Positions 26,791-36,886 of a DNA stretch of 64,000 nt are shown one piece after another. Within the stretch, counting starts at the first letter, position 1. Each line of letters opens with the position of its first letter. This DNA comes from Candidatus Nanoarchaeia archaeon (lineage in GTDB: Archaea > Nanobdellota > Nanobdellia > Woesearchaeales > ARS49): positions 20,386-84,385 of the forward strand of contig JBGPOY010000005.1 of the NCBI GenBank assembly GCA_041488275.1, given 5' to 3'. Under the pieces are notes generated by a model that saw only the letters and a program-made list of their open reading frames with translations, was not told where the DNA came from and ran no database searches. Made by a program: the position numbers and the translations under genes.

Positions 26791-27665
26791 GCGTTTTTGC
26801 GAAGCGCTACGAGCAGCTGGGCGGGAACTGCGTTCCCGTCACGCTGACGCCGAGCATCCGCGTCAACACGCTCCACATCAAAGACGCCGAATTGGTTGCG
26901 CGGCTGACGAAGAAAGGCGTGACGCTCAAGAAAATCCCGTTCACGGCGCACGGCTATCACGTCGAATCGTCCAAATTCTCGCTCGGCGCGTCCATTGAAT
27001 ATCTGCGCGGGCTCATCACGCCGCAGGAAGCGGCGTCGCAGCTCCCGGTGCAGGTTCTTGACCCGAAATCCGGAGAACGCGTGCTCGACATGGCTGCCGC
27101 GCCGGGCGTCAAGACGTCCCAGCTCGCGCAATGGATGCAGAACCAGGGCGACATCGTTTCCATCGAGAAAAACAACCGCCGCCTTCTCGGGCTGAAAAAC
27201 AATCTCGAACGCATGGGCATCGGGAACTGTCTCGTGTTCAACACCGACGCAACGAAAGTCACCGAATGGAAGCTCTCCTTCGACAAAGTCCTGCTCGACG
27301 CTCCCTGCATGGGCAACTACGTCAAAGACAAGGATTGGCTGGGCAAGCATTCCCTGAAAGAATTGGACCGCAACACGCTCACGCAGCGCTCACTCTTGCG
27401 CGCGGCAGTCACGCTGACCAAAAAGGGCGGCGCTATCGTGTATTCCACGTGTTCGCTTGAGCCCGAGGAAAATGAGCAAATCATTGACTGGGCATTGCGC
27501 GAACTCCCGGTCCGCTGCATCGACATGAAGCTCGAAATCGGAAGCCCGGGCGTCACGAACGTGTTCGGCAAGCGCCTGCACGCGGACGTCGCGAAATGCC
27601 GCCGCTTCTGGCCGCACGAAACCAAGACCGAAGGATTCTTCATTGCAAAGCTGGTGCGGCAATGA
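26787..27665 (+). CDS. RsmB/NOP2/NSUN RNA m5C methyltransferase
   Basis: DMAAAPGVKT, LLDAPC, YSTCSL, EGFFIA. Confidence 0.93.
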   Translation: MSVFAKRYEQLGGNCVPVTLTPSIRVNTLHIKDAELVARLTKKGVTLKKIPFTAHGYHVESSKFSLGASIEYLRGLITPQEAASQLPVQVLDPKSGERVLDMAAAPGVKTSQLAQWMQNQGDIVSIEKNNRRLLGLKNNLERMGIGNCLVFNTDATKVTEWKLSFDKVLLDAPCMGNYVKDKDWLGKHSLKELDRNTLTQRSLLRAAVTLTKKGGAIVYSTCSLEPEENEQIIDWALRELPVRCIDMKLEIGSPGVTNVFGKRLHADVAKCRRFWPHETKTEGFFIAKLVRQ

Positions 27666-28129
27666 TCACGGAATTCATCGCCCGCTTTACTCCGGAATCG
27701 CTCATCGACGAAGAACGGGTTTACCAGATTGGCGACGAATGGTTCTTTGTTCCAGCAGGGCTGTTCGCAGTCGGCAAGAATGTCCCGCGCAAGCCCGTTT
27801 TCGCCGGAACGCTGCTCGGCAAGAAAAAGAACAACTATCTCGTTCCCGGCGTCGCGCTGCTCGACCTCCTTGCGGGGTCCAAGAACACCAAGAAAGTCAT
27901 CGTGACCGACAAAGCCGCGTGGCTGTTCGTGTGCGCAAAGAACCTCCTGCACGGCAGCGTCGTTTCCTCGGAAAACGCGCCGCAGCCGAACGACTGGGTG
28001 CTCGTGATGAACAACAACGAATGCCTCGGATTCGGTCAGCTTATGACGCCGCTTTCCGACGAGAAAGGAGCAATCACGAACGTGTTTGATATCGGTGATT
28101 TTCTGAGAAGGGAGCGAGCTAGAACGTAA
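27662..28129 (+). CDS. NIP7-like PUA-domain ribosome biogenesis protein
   Basis: CLGFG and DIGDFLRRE; follows NOP2 gene. Confidence 0.8.
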   Translation: MITEFIARFTPESLIDEERVYQIGDEWFFVPAGLFAVGKNVPRKPVFAGTLLGKKKNNYLVPGVALLDLLAGSKNTKKVIVTDKAAWLFVCAKNLLHGSVVSSENAPQPNDWVLVMNNNECLGFGQLMTPLSDEKGAITNVFDIGDFLRRERART

Positions 28130-30509
28130 CGCTGATTGCTTCGCCGTAATTGATTTTCTTCGCGTTGTGCGTTGCTTTCAAATCCTGCTCGATGAGTTTG
28201 AGTTGCACCGGAACCGTTAACTCTGCGACGTCTGCCTTGAGCGTGAGTCCCGCATCCTTCTTCGCTTTCCAGACCGCGCCGTTGACGTCCATCAGCAATT
28301 GCTTGTTGAACGGGATGGCCGCATCTTTCGTGGCCTGCGGGAAACTCTCTCGATGCACGTCCGCGCCGTGCAGCGCGTGGTAAATCTTGTGCGTGATAAT
28401 CGGCACGACGGGAGCGAGGAGCTTCAGCACGATATCGAGGCAGTGGTGAAGCGCGAACAGCGCGCCGTTCTGCTCTTCCGCGGAGTACTTTCCCTGTTCG
28501 TTGTACGCTCGGGCTTTGCACAGTTCGAGGTAGTGTGAGGCGAACGCTTCCCAGATGAAGTTGCGCACGGCGAGAATAGGTGCGTGGAATTCGTACGCGA
28601 CGTACTTCTCGTGCGCGAGCTTGACGAGCTCATTCGCTTCCTGGATGATCCATTGGTCGAGCGCCGTGAGCTTGTGCGCGCCGCTCGGTACGGGAAACAT
28701 ACTGACAAAGCGAGCAACGTTCCACAGTTTGGTGAGCGTCTTGCCCGCGCCTTCAATACGCTGATAACTGCACCGCAAGTCTGCCTGTGTGATGCTGCCT
28801 TCGGCGGCGGTCCAGAAGCGCAACGCTTCAGAACCGTAGCGTTTGATGACTTCCTGCGGGTCGATGATGTTGCCCACGCTCTTGGACATCTTGTTGCCTT
28901 TCTCGTCGACAATGTGATGGTGGACCCAGACGGAATCGAAGATGGCGTCGCCGGTGAGGTGGTAGCATTTGAGCAGCGTGTAGTACAGCCACGTGCGTAC
29001 GATATCCTTCCCCTGCGGGCGGAGCGTGCACGGCTTGTGCGTTGCGAAAAATTCCTTGTCAGAATCCCAATGCAAAATCGCGAGCGGCGAAATGCTGCTG
29101 TCAAACCACGTGTCGAACACGCGCACTTCGCCCTCAAACTCTTTCGAGGAACACTTCGGGCAGGACTTCACGGGAGCGGGGTCTTTCCACGGCTGGACGT
29201 ACTTGCCTCTCGGTCCGAGAATGGGTTCGCGGCATTGTTTGCAGTACCAGAGCGGTACTTCTGTCGCGTAATACCGTCGTCGGGAGATCGGCCAGTCAAT
29301 CGTGACCGAATTAATCCAGTCAATCAGCAATTGCCGGCTTTCCGGAGCAAAGAATTTGACTTCCTGCGCGAGCCGGAGCATCTTGTCCTTGAAGTCCACC
29401 TGCTTGACGTAGAATTCCTTCATGCCGATGAATTCGATGGGGTCCTTGCTGCGGCTGCAGATGGGCGTGCGGTGCGTGACATGCTTCTGCGCGGCAACGA
29501 TTCCTTTTGCTTTCAGTTCTTCGAGGACTTTTTCGCGCGCCTGCTTGACTTTCAGCCCTTTGAGACTGCCGGCGTGCTCGTTCATCCTGCCATCCAGCCC
29601 GATGAGAATCGTGGGAGTAAGATTTTGTTCGCGGAAAAAGCGAACGTCCGTTTGGTCGCCGAACGCGCACATCATCACGAGACCGGTGCCCTTGTCAATC
29701 TGCGCGTACGGATGCGCTTTGATGGGGACGGATTTGCCGGTGAGCGGAACAACCGCGTGCTTGCCCGCGAGGTGCGTGTAGCGCGCGTCGTCGGGGTTGT
29801 AGAGCACCATCGCGCAGCTCGCCATGAATTCAGGACGAGTCGTTCCGATGACGATTTTTTCTCCTGTTTCTTTGACCGTCCACATGATGTCCGAGAAGAG
29901 TGTGGGCAGGTCTTCATAGTCGATTTCGCTGTCCGCAATCGTTGTCTGGCAGCCGGGGCAGTAGTTGTTGATGCGTTCCGCCTCGTAAATCAGCCCTTTC
30001 TTCCACATATCAACGAACGTGGCTTGCGTGAGCGCGCGGTATTCGGGAGAGTCTGTGTGATAGACGTCGCCAATCTTGCTGCCGACCGTCCACGACGAAA
30101 AACTGATGCCAAGTTTGGCGAATGTATCAATGCTGGTGTTGGTCGCGTCTTCGAGGACTTTTTCGCAGAGCTTGAGAAATTCCTCGCGCGAGACCATGTT
30201 GAACTTCTTGCCGAACTTTTTCTCTGCGGCCATCTCGATGGGCAGACCGTTGCGGTCCAGACCGAGAGGAAAGAGAACGTCGTAGCCGGTCATGCGCCGG
30301 AACCGCGCGAACATGTCCATCATGCTGTACGAGCACGCATGACCCATATGGACTGGCGCGTTGACGTACGGAGGAGGCGTGTCGATGCTGAACACGCGCT
30401 TCTTGGTCGAAGGATTGAACGGGAACGGCGGCGTCTTGCGCCATTGCTCAACGATAGGGGCCTCGAACTCCTTGTTCCACGCCTTTTCCGCGAGCTGGGG
30501 CTCGTTCAT
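28119..30509 (-). CDS. valS: Valine--tRNA ligase
   Basis: FSIDTPPPY, HMGH, TTRPE, DTWFDSS, KMSKS. Confidence 0.95.
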   Translation of the reverse strand: MNEPQLAEKAWNKEFEAPIVEQWRKTPPFPFNPSTKKRVFSIDTPPPYVNAPVHMGHACSYSMMDMFARFRRMTGYDVLFPLGLDRNGLPIEMAAEKKFGKKFNMVSREEFLKLCEKVLEDATNTSIDTFAKLGISFSSWTVGSKIGDVYHTDSPEYRALTQATFVDMWKKGLIYEAERINNYCPGCQTTIADSEIDYEDLPTLFSDIMWTVKETGEKIVIGTTRPEFMASCAMVLYNPDDARYTHLAGKHAVVPLTGKSVPIKAHPYAQIDKGTGLVMMCAFGDQTDVRFFREQNLTPTILIGLDGRMNEHAGSLKGLKVKQAREKVLEELKAKGIVAAQKHVTHRTPICSRSKDPIEFIGMKEFYVKQVDFKDKMLRLAQEVKFFAPESRQLLIDWINSVTIDWPISRRRYYATEVPLWYCKQCREPILGPRGKYVQPWKDPAPVKSCPKCSSKEFEGEVRVFDTWFDSSISPLAILHWDSDKEFFATHKPCTLRPQGKDIVRTWLYYTLLKCYHLTGDAIFDSVWVHHHIVDEKGNKMSKSVGNIIDPQEVIKRYGSEALRFWTAAEGSITQADLRCSYQRIEGAGKTLTKLWNVARFVSMFPVPSGAHKLTALDQWIIQEANELVKLAHEKYVAYEFHAPILAVRNFIWEAFASHYLELCKARAYNEQGKYSAEEQNGALFALHHCLDIVLKLLAPVVPIITHKIYHALHGADVHRESFPQATKDAAIPFNKQLLMDVNGAVWKAKKDAGLTLKADVAELTVPVQLKLIEQDLKATHNAKKINYGEAISVTF

Positions 30510-30898
30510 GTGAGGTCCGTCTTGAGCCCCTTGATTTGGCGCTCCATGTCGTAATAGCTGAGCTTGCGCATGTTTGCGTTGCGCATCTTTTCCTTGATGC
30601 TGGCGAAGAATTTTGAGAGGCGTTCGATGAGCAGTTCCTCGTCGCCTTGGATGCGGACCAACACGATGCTCGCGAGCGGGTCATCATCGAGGCTGATGGA
30701 CTTGTGAATGGACTTCATCTTCTTGCGGACGTCCTGGAACAGGTCATTCGCGAGCTCGGCGCAGTCGTCAATCTTTTCGGAGCGCACAATCGCCTTGTCC
30801 TTGCCGTCGTTCACGACGATGCGGAACTCCACGATGCCGGTTTTCGGGTCGAAGTTCATCACTTCCGCCTGTTTCAGCACCACGTCGACGGGTTTCAT
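30506..30898 (-). CDS. Hypothetical protein coupled to valS
   Basis: 130 aa, typical codon usage, ATGA overlap. Confidence 0.8.
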   Translation of the reverse strand: MKPVDVVLKQAEVMNFDPKTGIVEFRIVVNDGKDKAIVRSEKIDDCAELANDLFQDVRKKMKSIHKSISLDDDPLASIVLVRIQGDEELLIERLSKFFASIKEKMRNANMRKLSYYDMERQIKGLKTDLT

Positions 30899-30990
30899 GC
30901 CTGATTGGGCTTGGGAACTCTATAAAAAGGTTTCTTGCCCGTCAGCAAGTTTAAAAACCCAAACCACTCCTTCTCGTAAAAAGGAGTGTT

Positions 30991-31872
30991 ATGGCAAAAA
31001 CCGTTTTTGTGCTCATTGTTCTGACATTGCTCGTGCTCTCGCTGCACGGCGCTGTTGCCGCGGACGCGTTCTCATTTGCGACGTACATCGGAGAGACGCA
31101 CTGGCGCGTGGACGTGACCGAAAATGAAGGAGCCTGCGGCGGTTCAAGCGCAATCCTTTCAACGCACAACATCCTCATCAAACATAACCAAGTGAGTGCC
31201 ATTGTGGGGGATTATGGGCATGGCACGCGTGAAGGGACATTTGTCGCGCCATTCATCCTGCGCATGCCTGCCATGAACGTTCCTGACGGTAGAGGAAACT
31301 CCCTGCTTGACAGTTTTGACGCGATATTCACTCCTGACTGCCAGAGCTTCTCGGCGGAATATACTTGGGATTATAGCGACGAGTACGGTTTCTGCAGCGG
31401 CAGCACCAAGCTTGAGGGCACACGAACAGACGGTGCCGGTTGCCCCAGTTCCGGAATGACCAACGCCGAAATGCCACAAGAGAACACTCCAAGCCTGGAA
31501 CAGCAGGCTGCAGACGCCGCCCCGAAGGATTTCTGGAAGAACTGGGACGCTGCAGAGAAAGCAAAGAAGGAAGGAAAGTACGATGACTTCATCAAGTATT
31601 TTGACAATGCTCTGAATAATCCCAGCCTCACGGCCAAAACACGCGAGGAGATGAAGAAACAGGCGCTCAAGGACTTGCATCTCTCGTCATACCCTACAAA
31701 GACCACGAGTCCCATTCTGCGCGTTGAAACAGAAGACATCAACAAATGGAACGGCGGTTGGGTCTACAACGTGAACGTTCCCGTCGAAAAGAAAGGCATA
31801 CTCGACATCCTGCTCTGGAATATCAACACGCCGAACCCGACGAGCATCGTTGACGCGCTGGTGAACCCATGA
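30991..31872 (+). CDS. Secreted hypothetical protein
   Basis: signal peptide, AGGAG RBS, Cys-containing beta domain then helical domain. Confidence 0.75.
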   Translation: MAKTVFVLIVLTLLVLSLHGAVAADAFSFATYIGETHWRVDVTENEGACGGSSAILSTHNILIKHNQVSAIVGDYGHGTREGTFVAPFILRMPAMNVPDGRGNSLLDSFDAIFTPDCQSFSAEYTWDYSDEYGFCSGSTKLEGTRTDGAGCPSSGMTNAEMPQENTPSLEQQAADAAPKDFWKNWDAAEKAKKEGKYDDFIKYFDNALNNPSLTAKTREEMKKQALKDLHLSSYPTKTTSPILRVETEDINKWNGGWVYNVNVPVEKKGILDILLWNINTPNPTSIVDALVNP

Positions 31873-32243
31873 GAAAGGGCATGATGCTCATCGGATTGTT
31901 GCTCCTTACCGCATGTGCGCCGGCGATTCCGACGACCTGCAGCACGAAGGACTGTTTCATCACCGTTGCGAATGCGTGCAAGGACATGAACATGACACTC
32001 ACAGAAACTGCAGGAACGTTCACATACGCTTCAACATCGAAATGCGTCTTCACCAAGACGCTCGTGACACCCAACCCGCAGGAAACGCAGGAAATGAAGA
32101 CGTTGCTCACGGGCAAGAGCCTATCATGCAACTACGCGCAGGGCAAGTTTGACGCGCGCTGGGTGAACTCGCTCATTTTCGGCATGGAATACTGTACCGG
32201 AGACTTGAAGACCGTTCTCGGCGAGATGTTGGCGTTCGGATAG
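31869..32243 (+). CDS. Putative Cys-rich lipoprotein
   Basis: LLTAC lipobox; six further Cys. Confidence 0.75.
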   Translation: MRKGMMLIGLLLLTACAPAIPTTCSTKDCFITVANACKDMNMTLTETAGTFTYASTSKCVFTKTLVTPNPQETQEMKTLLTGKSLSCNYAQGKFDARWVNSLIFGMEYCTGDLKTVLGEMLAFG

Positions 32244-32288
32244 TGCACGCTGGAAATCCTAATAAACGTCCGTTCTTCGGTACGCGCT

Positions 32289-33488
32289 ATGGGGGCGCCG
32301 TTCATCGTAAAGTACCAGCCGTCGAAGGCTGCGGACATTCCACAGCCGAGCGTGAGCCAGCTGCGGGACTTCATTCTGGCATTCAAAAAGCAAAAAAAGA
32401 AGGCGGCGCTGCTGTACGGTCCCGCGGGTTCGGGGAAAACGAGCGCCGTGCACGCGCTCGCCAAGGAACTCGGTCTCGAAATTCTTGAAGTGAACGCCTC
32501 GGACGTGCGCAACGCGGACGGCATCCAGAGCAGCGTCGGCATCGCGAGCCAGCAGATGAGCCTGTTTTCGAAAGGCAAGCTGATTTTGGTGGACGAAGTG
32601 GACGGACTGTCGGGGCAGAAAGACCGCGGCGGTCCTGCCGCAATTGCGAGCATCATTGCAGACTCAAAATTTCCGGTCGTGCTTACCGCTAACGACCCTT
32701 GGGACTCGAAGTTCTCGGGCATCCGCAGCAAGTCAGTTCTTATCGAGTTCGCGGCACTCGACCACGCCGTGGTTACGACTGTTTTGAAGAATATTTGCAC
32801 GCTGGAAGGCATCACGTACGACGAACTCACGCTCAAAACGCTCGCCCGTCGGTCAGGCGGCGATTTGCGCTCGGCAATCACCGATCTCCAGACGCTCGTC
32901 AAGGACAATACGCTCACCAAGGAAAGCCTGGACACGCTCGGTGACCGCGACCGCGAGGAATCAATGTTCAACGCGCTCACAAAAGTGCTCAAAGGCTCCG
33001 ATCCGGCGCTCGCGGTGGGCGCGTTCGACAACGTCAACGAAGATCTTGACGGGGCGTTCCTGTGGGTGGACGAGAACCTCCCGAAAGAATACACGAATCC
33101 GAAGGACTTGGCGCGCGCGTATGAAGCGCTGGCAAAAGCCGACGTGTACCGCGGCAGAATCAAGCGCCGCCAGCACTGGCACTTCCTCGTCTACGTCAAC
33201 ACGCTGCTCAGCGCCGGCGTTTCCGTCGCCAAGGACGCCAAGTACCCGGGCTTCATCAAGTATGGTCCGACCGGTAGAATCCTGAAAATCTGGCAGGCGA
33301 ACATGAAATACCAAAAGCGCAAGGCCATCGCGCAGAAGGTCGCCCTCGCGACGCACTCCTCGACAAAGCGCACAATTCAGGAGCTTCCGTATCTGCAGGC
33401 GCTGTTCAAGAAAAACCATCCTTCCGCCGCGGTCATCGCCGACGAGTGCGACCTCGACCCCGAGGAAGTGGAGTGGCTGGCGAGATGA
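32289..33488 (+). CDS. rfcL: Replication factor C large subunit
   Basis: KYQP, GPAGSGKT, EVNASDVR, DEVDG, GDLRSAI, WVDEN. Confidence 0.95.
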   Translation: MGAPFIVKYQPSKAADIPQPSVSQLRDFILAFKKQKKKAALLYGPAGSGKTSAVHALAKELGLEILEVNASDVRNADGIQSSVGIASQQMSLFSKGKLILVDEVDGLSGQKDRGGPAAIASIIADSKFPVVLTANDPWDSKFSGIRSKSVLIEFAALDHAVVTTVLKNICTLEGITYDELTLKTLARRSGGDLRSAITDLQTLVKDNTLTKESLDTLGDRDREESMFNALTKVLKGSDPALAVGAFDNVNEDLDGAFLWVDENLPKEYTNPKDLARAYEALAKADVYRGRIKRRQHWHFLVYVNTLLSAGVSVAKDAKYPGFIKYGPTGRILKIWQANMKYQKRKAIAQKVALATHSSTKRTIQELPYLQALFKKNHPSAAVIADECDLDPEEVEWLAR

Positions 33489-33820
33489 TACCGTTCGTCA
33501 CGCCCGGCGAGCTGCGCTTCCTTGTTGATTTTGAAGAGTGCACATTGTTGAAAGAACGCCCGCTTGAGGCAATCGTGGTCAAAGAAGGTGAAGTTCCTAC
33601 CGATAAGAAAGCAGTACTTCGTTACGCTCCGAAACAGCAAGAGCTTTTGCACTTTGAAACGCTACCGAAAGGCGCGGACTGGGATGCGATCAAGGTTGTT
33701 GAGCTCACGCTGAATGAAGAAGCCTACACGAAGTTCAGAAAGCACGGCGGCATTTGCTATCCGCAAGACCCGTTCGACCTCTATTTGCTCGACAAGAACT
33801 TTGTCGGGAAACCTTTTTAA
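33485..33820 (+). CDS. Hypothetical protein
   Basis: ATGA overlap with rfcL; 111 aa. Confidence 0.65.
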   Translation: MIPFVTPGELRFLVDFEECTLLKERPLEAIVVKEGEVPTDKKAVLRYAPKQQELLHFETLPKGADWDAIKVVELTLNEEAYTKFRKHGGICYPQDPFDLYLLDKNFVGKPF

Positions 33821-33843
33821 ACGCCCTCTGACCCGTTCTCGGT

Positions 33844-35400
33844 ATGACCATCACGATTGACGAAATGGCCGCGTTCTGCAAGCGGAAGGGGTTTGTCTTT
33901 CCCAGCAGCGAAATCTACGGCGGACTTGCCGGCTTTTTCGACTACGGTCCTCTGGGTTCGGAAATCAAGTACAACCTGAAGCGCGCGTGGTGGAAGTATC
34001 ACGTCCACGACCGCGAGGACGTCGTCGGCATTGACGGCAGCATCATCAGCCACCCAAAAGTCTGGGAGGCGTCCGGACACCTCGCGAAGTTCGACGACAT
34101 TCTCGTGGAATGCACCAAGTGCAAGGAACGCTACCGCGCAGACCACTTGGTCGAGGACGTTCTGCACGTCAGCACCGCCGGACTGAAACCCGAAGACCTC
34201 AGCAAGCTCATCAGCGACAACAAAATCCGGTGCCAGAAATGCAAGGGCGAGCTCGGCGAAGCCAAACCGTTCAACATGATGTTTCAGACCTTCATCGGTC
34301 CGTTCCAGACCAAGGAAGCCATCGCGTACTTGCGCCCTGAAACCGCGCAGAACATGTTCATCGACTTCAAGAGCGTCGTCGAGACTGCGCGCTTGAAACT
34401 GCCGTTCGGCATCGCGCAGATGGGGCGTTCATTCAGAAACGAAATCGCCGCAAGAAACTTCCTCTTCCGCATGCGCGAGTTCGAGCAGATGGAGATGGAA
34501 TACTTCATCCATCCCGCAAAGACGAACGACTGTCCGTTCCTGAAAGACGTCATCAACCATAAGCTCCTCGTGTACTCCGCGGAAATGCAGACCAAGAAGC
34601 AGCCGCACAAGGAAATGAGCATCAAGGAATTGCTCGACCACAAAATCATCACGACGCAATGGCACGCCTACTGGCTCGCGATGGAGCACCGCTGGTTTAT
34701 CTCGCTCGGAACCAATCCCGCGCACTTCCGCATCCGCCAGCACGTTTCCGACGAGAAATCACACTACGCGCTCGACACATGGGACTTGGAATACGAGTTC
34801 CCGTTCGGCTGGAAGGAATTGCAGGGCATCGCGAACCGCACGGACTTCGACCTGAAACAGCACATGAAGCATTCGGGCAAGGACCTCTCGCTCTTCGATG
34901 AAGAAACCAAGCAAAAAGTCATTCCGCACGTCGTCGCCGAGCCCGCGCAGGGCGTCGACCGCGCGTTCCTCGTGTTCCTCTACGACGCGTATCACGATGA
35001 CAAGCAGCGCGGCAACATCGTGCTCAAACTGCACCCGAAGCTCGCGCCGTTTATCGTCGGCGTGTTCCCGTTGCTCAGCAACCGCGAGGAGCTCACGGCA
35101 AAAGCCCGTGAAGTTTTCGAAACACTGCGCAAGGAATTCCCCGCGATGTACGACCGCAGCGGCAGCATCGGGCGCAGGTACGCGCGCATGGACGAAATCG
35201 GGACTCCGTACTGCGTTACCATCGACTTCGACTCCTTGAAAGACGGCGCCGTGACCGTGAGAGACCGCGACAGCACCCAACAGGTGCGCGTCAAGATTGC
35301 AGAACTGAGAAGCACGCTCCATCGTTTGCTGATGGGCGAGCTGCCGTTCCACAAAGCCGGCCCGAAAGTCGAACCGCCGAAGGATACCAAAGAAGCATAA
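33844..35400 (+). CDS. glyS: Glycine--tRNA ligase (alpha2 type)
   Basis: EIYGG, LRPETAQ, FRNEI, REFEQME, SIGRRYAR. Confidence 0.96.
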   Translation: MTITIDEMAAFCKRKGFVFPSSEIYGGLAGFFDYGPLGSEIKYNLKRAWWKYHVHDREDVVGIDGSIISHPKVWEASGHLAKFDDILVECTKCKERYRADHLVEDVLHVSTAGLKPEDLSKLISDNKIRCQKCKGELGEAKPFNMMFQTFIGPFQTKEAIAYLRPETAQNMFIDFKSVVETARLKLPFGIAQMGRSFRNEIAARNFLFRMREFEQMEMEYFIHPAKTNDCPFLKDVINHKLLVYSAEMQTKKQPHKEMSIKELLDHKIITTQWHAYWLAMEHRWFISLGTNPAHFRIRQHVSDEKSHYALDTWDLEYEFPFGWKELQGIANRTDFDLKQHMKHSGKDLSLFDEETKQKVIPHVVAEPAQGVDRAFLVFLYDAYHDDKQRGNIVLKLHPKLAPFIVGVFPLLSNREELTAKAREVFETLRKEFPAMYDRSGSIGRRYARMDEIGTPYCVTIDFDSLKDGAVTVRDRDSTQQVRVKIAELRSTLHRLLMGELPFHKAGPKVEPPKDTKEA

Positions 35401-35434
35401 GGAATTAATAGTCAAGAAGCAACAGGTGATGGGT

Positions 35435-35812
35435 ATGCACATCAAAGACATCAAGGCAAAAATGGGGAAAATCGATGTAGTCGCCGACGTCATCTCAAAG
35501 GAGGCGCCGCGCACGTTCGACAAGTTCGGCAAGGCAGGAAAAGTCTGCGACGCGCGCATCAAGGACGCAACCGGCGAAGTGAAGCTCACGCTGTGGAACG
35601 ACCAGGCAGACCTCATCAACGTCGGCGACAAAATCCATCTCACGGACGGCTACGCCGATGAGTTCCGCGGCACGATGCAAGTCAGCACCGGCAAGTTCGG
35701 CGCGCTCGAAGTCGTCAGCAAGGGCGGCTCTCCCGCCGCAACGCCGGACAAGGAAGTCCAGGAGATGAGCGAAGAGCTCGGCGACGAATTTGACGAACTC
35801 GAGGGCGAGTAA
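35435..35812 (+). CDS. Single OB-fold ssDNA-binding protein with acidic tail
   Basis: DATGEVKLTLW, GKFG; tail EELGDEFDELEGE. Confidence 0.85.
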   Translation: MHIKDIKAKMGKIDVVADVISKEAPRTFDKFGKAGKVCDARIKDATGEVKLTLWNDQADLINVGDKIHLTDGYADEFRGTMQVSTGKFGALEVVSKGGSPAATPDKEVQEMSEELGDEFDELEGE

Positions 35813-36087
35813 TGGTCGACATTTTCATCAATCTTCTCGAAGACGTTGAGCACGAACTCGGATTGGGCAAGGACGTTGTCCACAACCTGAAAAAAGTCGG
35901 CGACCAACTGCGTGAGCGCATGCACCAGTTCGCGGACGCGCTCGCCAAGCTCGAAAAGAAGGGCTGGACCTGGACAACCGGACCGCGCGACCTCTACTTG
36001 CACAAGGCGAGCAGCACCGACACGCAGGCGAAAAAGGAGCTCGCCGAGGCGGGCATTCCCGAATCTGCGGTGCACGTCGTCCACTAG
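35812..36087 (+). CDS. Hypothetical protein
   Basis: TAATG coupling; typical codon usage. Confidence 0.7.
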   Translation: MVDIFINLLEDVEHELGLGKDVVHNLKKVGDQLRERMHQFADALAKLEKKGWTWTTGPRDLYLHKASSTDTQAKKELAEAGIPESAVHVVH

Positions 36088-36126
36088 CAAATCTTTTTAA
36101 AGGGCGTTCTGGTTTTTCGTCGTTAC

Positions 36127-36198
36127 GGGCGCATAGCTCAGCGGGAGAGCACACGGCTGAAGACCGTGGGGTCGGGAGTTCAAATCTCTCTGCGCCCA
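36127..36198 (+). tRNA. tRNA-Phe(GAA)
   Basis: GGGCGCA/TGCGCCC acceptor, loop CTGAAGA, GTTCAAATC. Confidence 0.95.
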
Positions 36199-36201
36199 TT
36201 T

Positions 36202-36885
36202 ATGGAAGCGTTTGATCAGGGGAAGTTCAACCAGTTCGTCATTGACGGGGACGTCATCGGGTTTTTCAGCGAACCGATAACGCTCAAGTCGAAGCGCAAG
36301 TCCTATTTCTACGCCAATTGGCGCAAAGTCGCGGCTGACGCGTTCCACACGGACCGCTTGGCTGAGTTCGTGCTCGCGTTTTCGCAGCGGCTTCCCGAAT
36401 TCGACTGCTTGTACGGCGTTCCGGAAGGCGCGACCAAGATTGCGGTCATTTCTTCGCTCCAGCACGCGCGCAGCTCGCCCGCGTACGGTCCGGGCAGCCA
36501 CGCGCTGCCGATGGGGCGCGCCGTGCCGAAAGAACACGGCAGTCCTGACGACCGATACTTTGTCGGAGTGCCGCGCGGCAGAACCGTCATTCTCGAGGAC
36601 GTCACGACCACCGGCGGCTCGCTGCTTAACACGATTGACTCATTCGTGAGGTCGGGACTCATCCCCTCCGCCGCAATGGGGCTCACCGACCGCATGGAAA
36701 AACGAGACGACGGCTTGAGCGTCACTGAAGCGGTCAAGAATGCAGGACTTCCCTATTTTTCGTTGAGCAACGCGCTGGAACTTCTCCCGCTCGCTGCAGC
36801 AAAATATCAGCCGTCGCAAGAGGTTCTGAGAAAAGTCGAGGAAGAATTCGAGCAGTATGGCGTGGAAAAAATAAGGCTTCGCTAG
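36202..36885 (+). CDS. Orotate phosphoribosyltransferase-like PRTase
   Basis: TLKSKRKS, PKEHG, ILEDVTTTGGS. Confidence 0.85.
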   Translation: MEAFDQGKFNQFVIDGDVIGFFSEPITLKSKRKSYFYANWRKVAADAFHTDRLAEFVLAFSQRLPEFDCLYGVPEGATKIAVISSLQHARSSPAYGPGSHALPMGRAVPKEHGSPDDRYFVGVPRGRTVILEDVTTTGGSLLNTIDSFVRSGLIPSAAMGLTDRMEKRDDGLSVTEAVKNAGLPYFSLSNALELLPLAAAKYQPSQEVLRKVEEEFEQYGVEKIRLR

Positions 36886-36886
36886 A

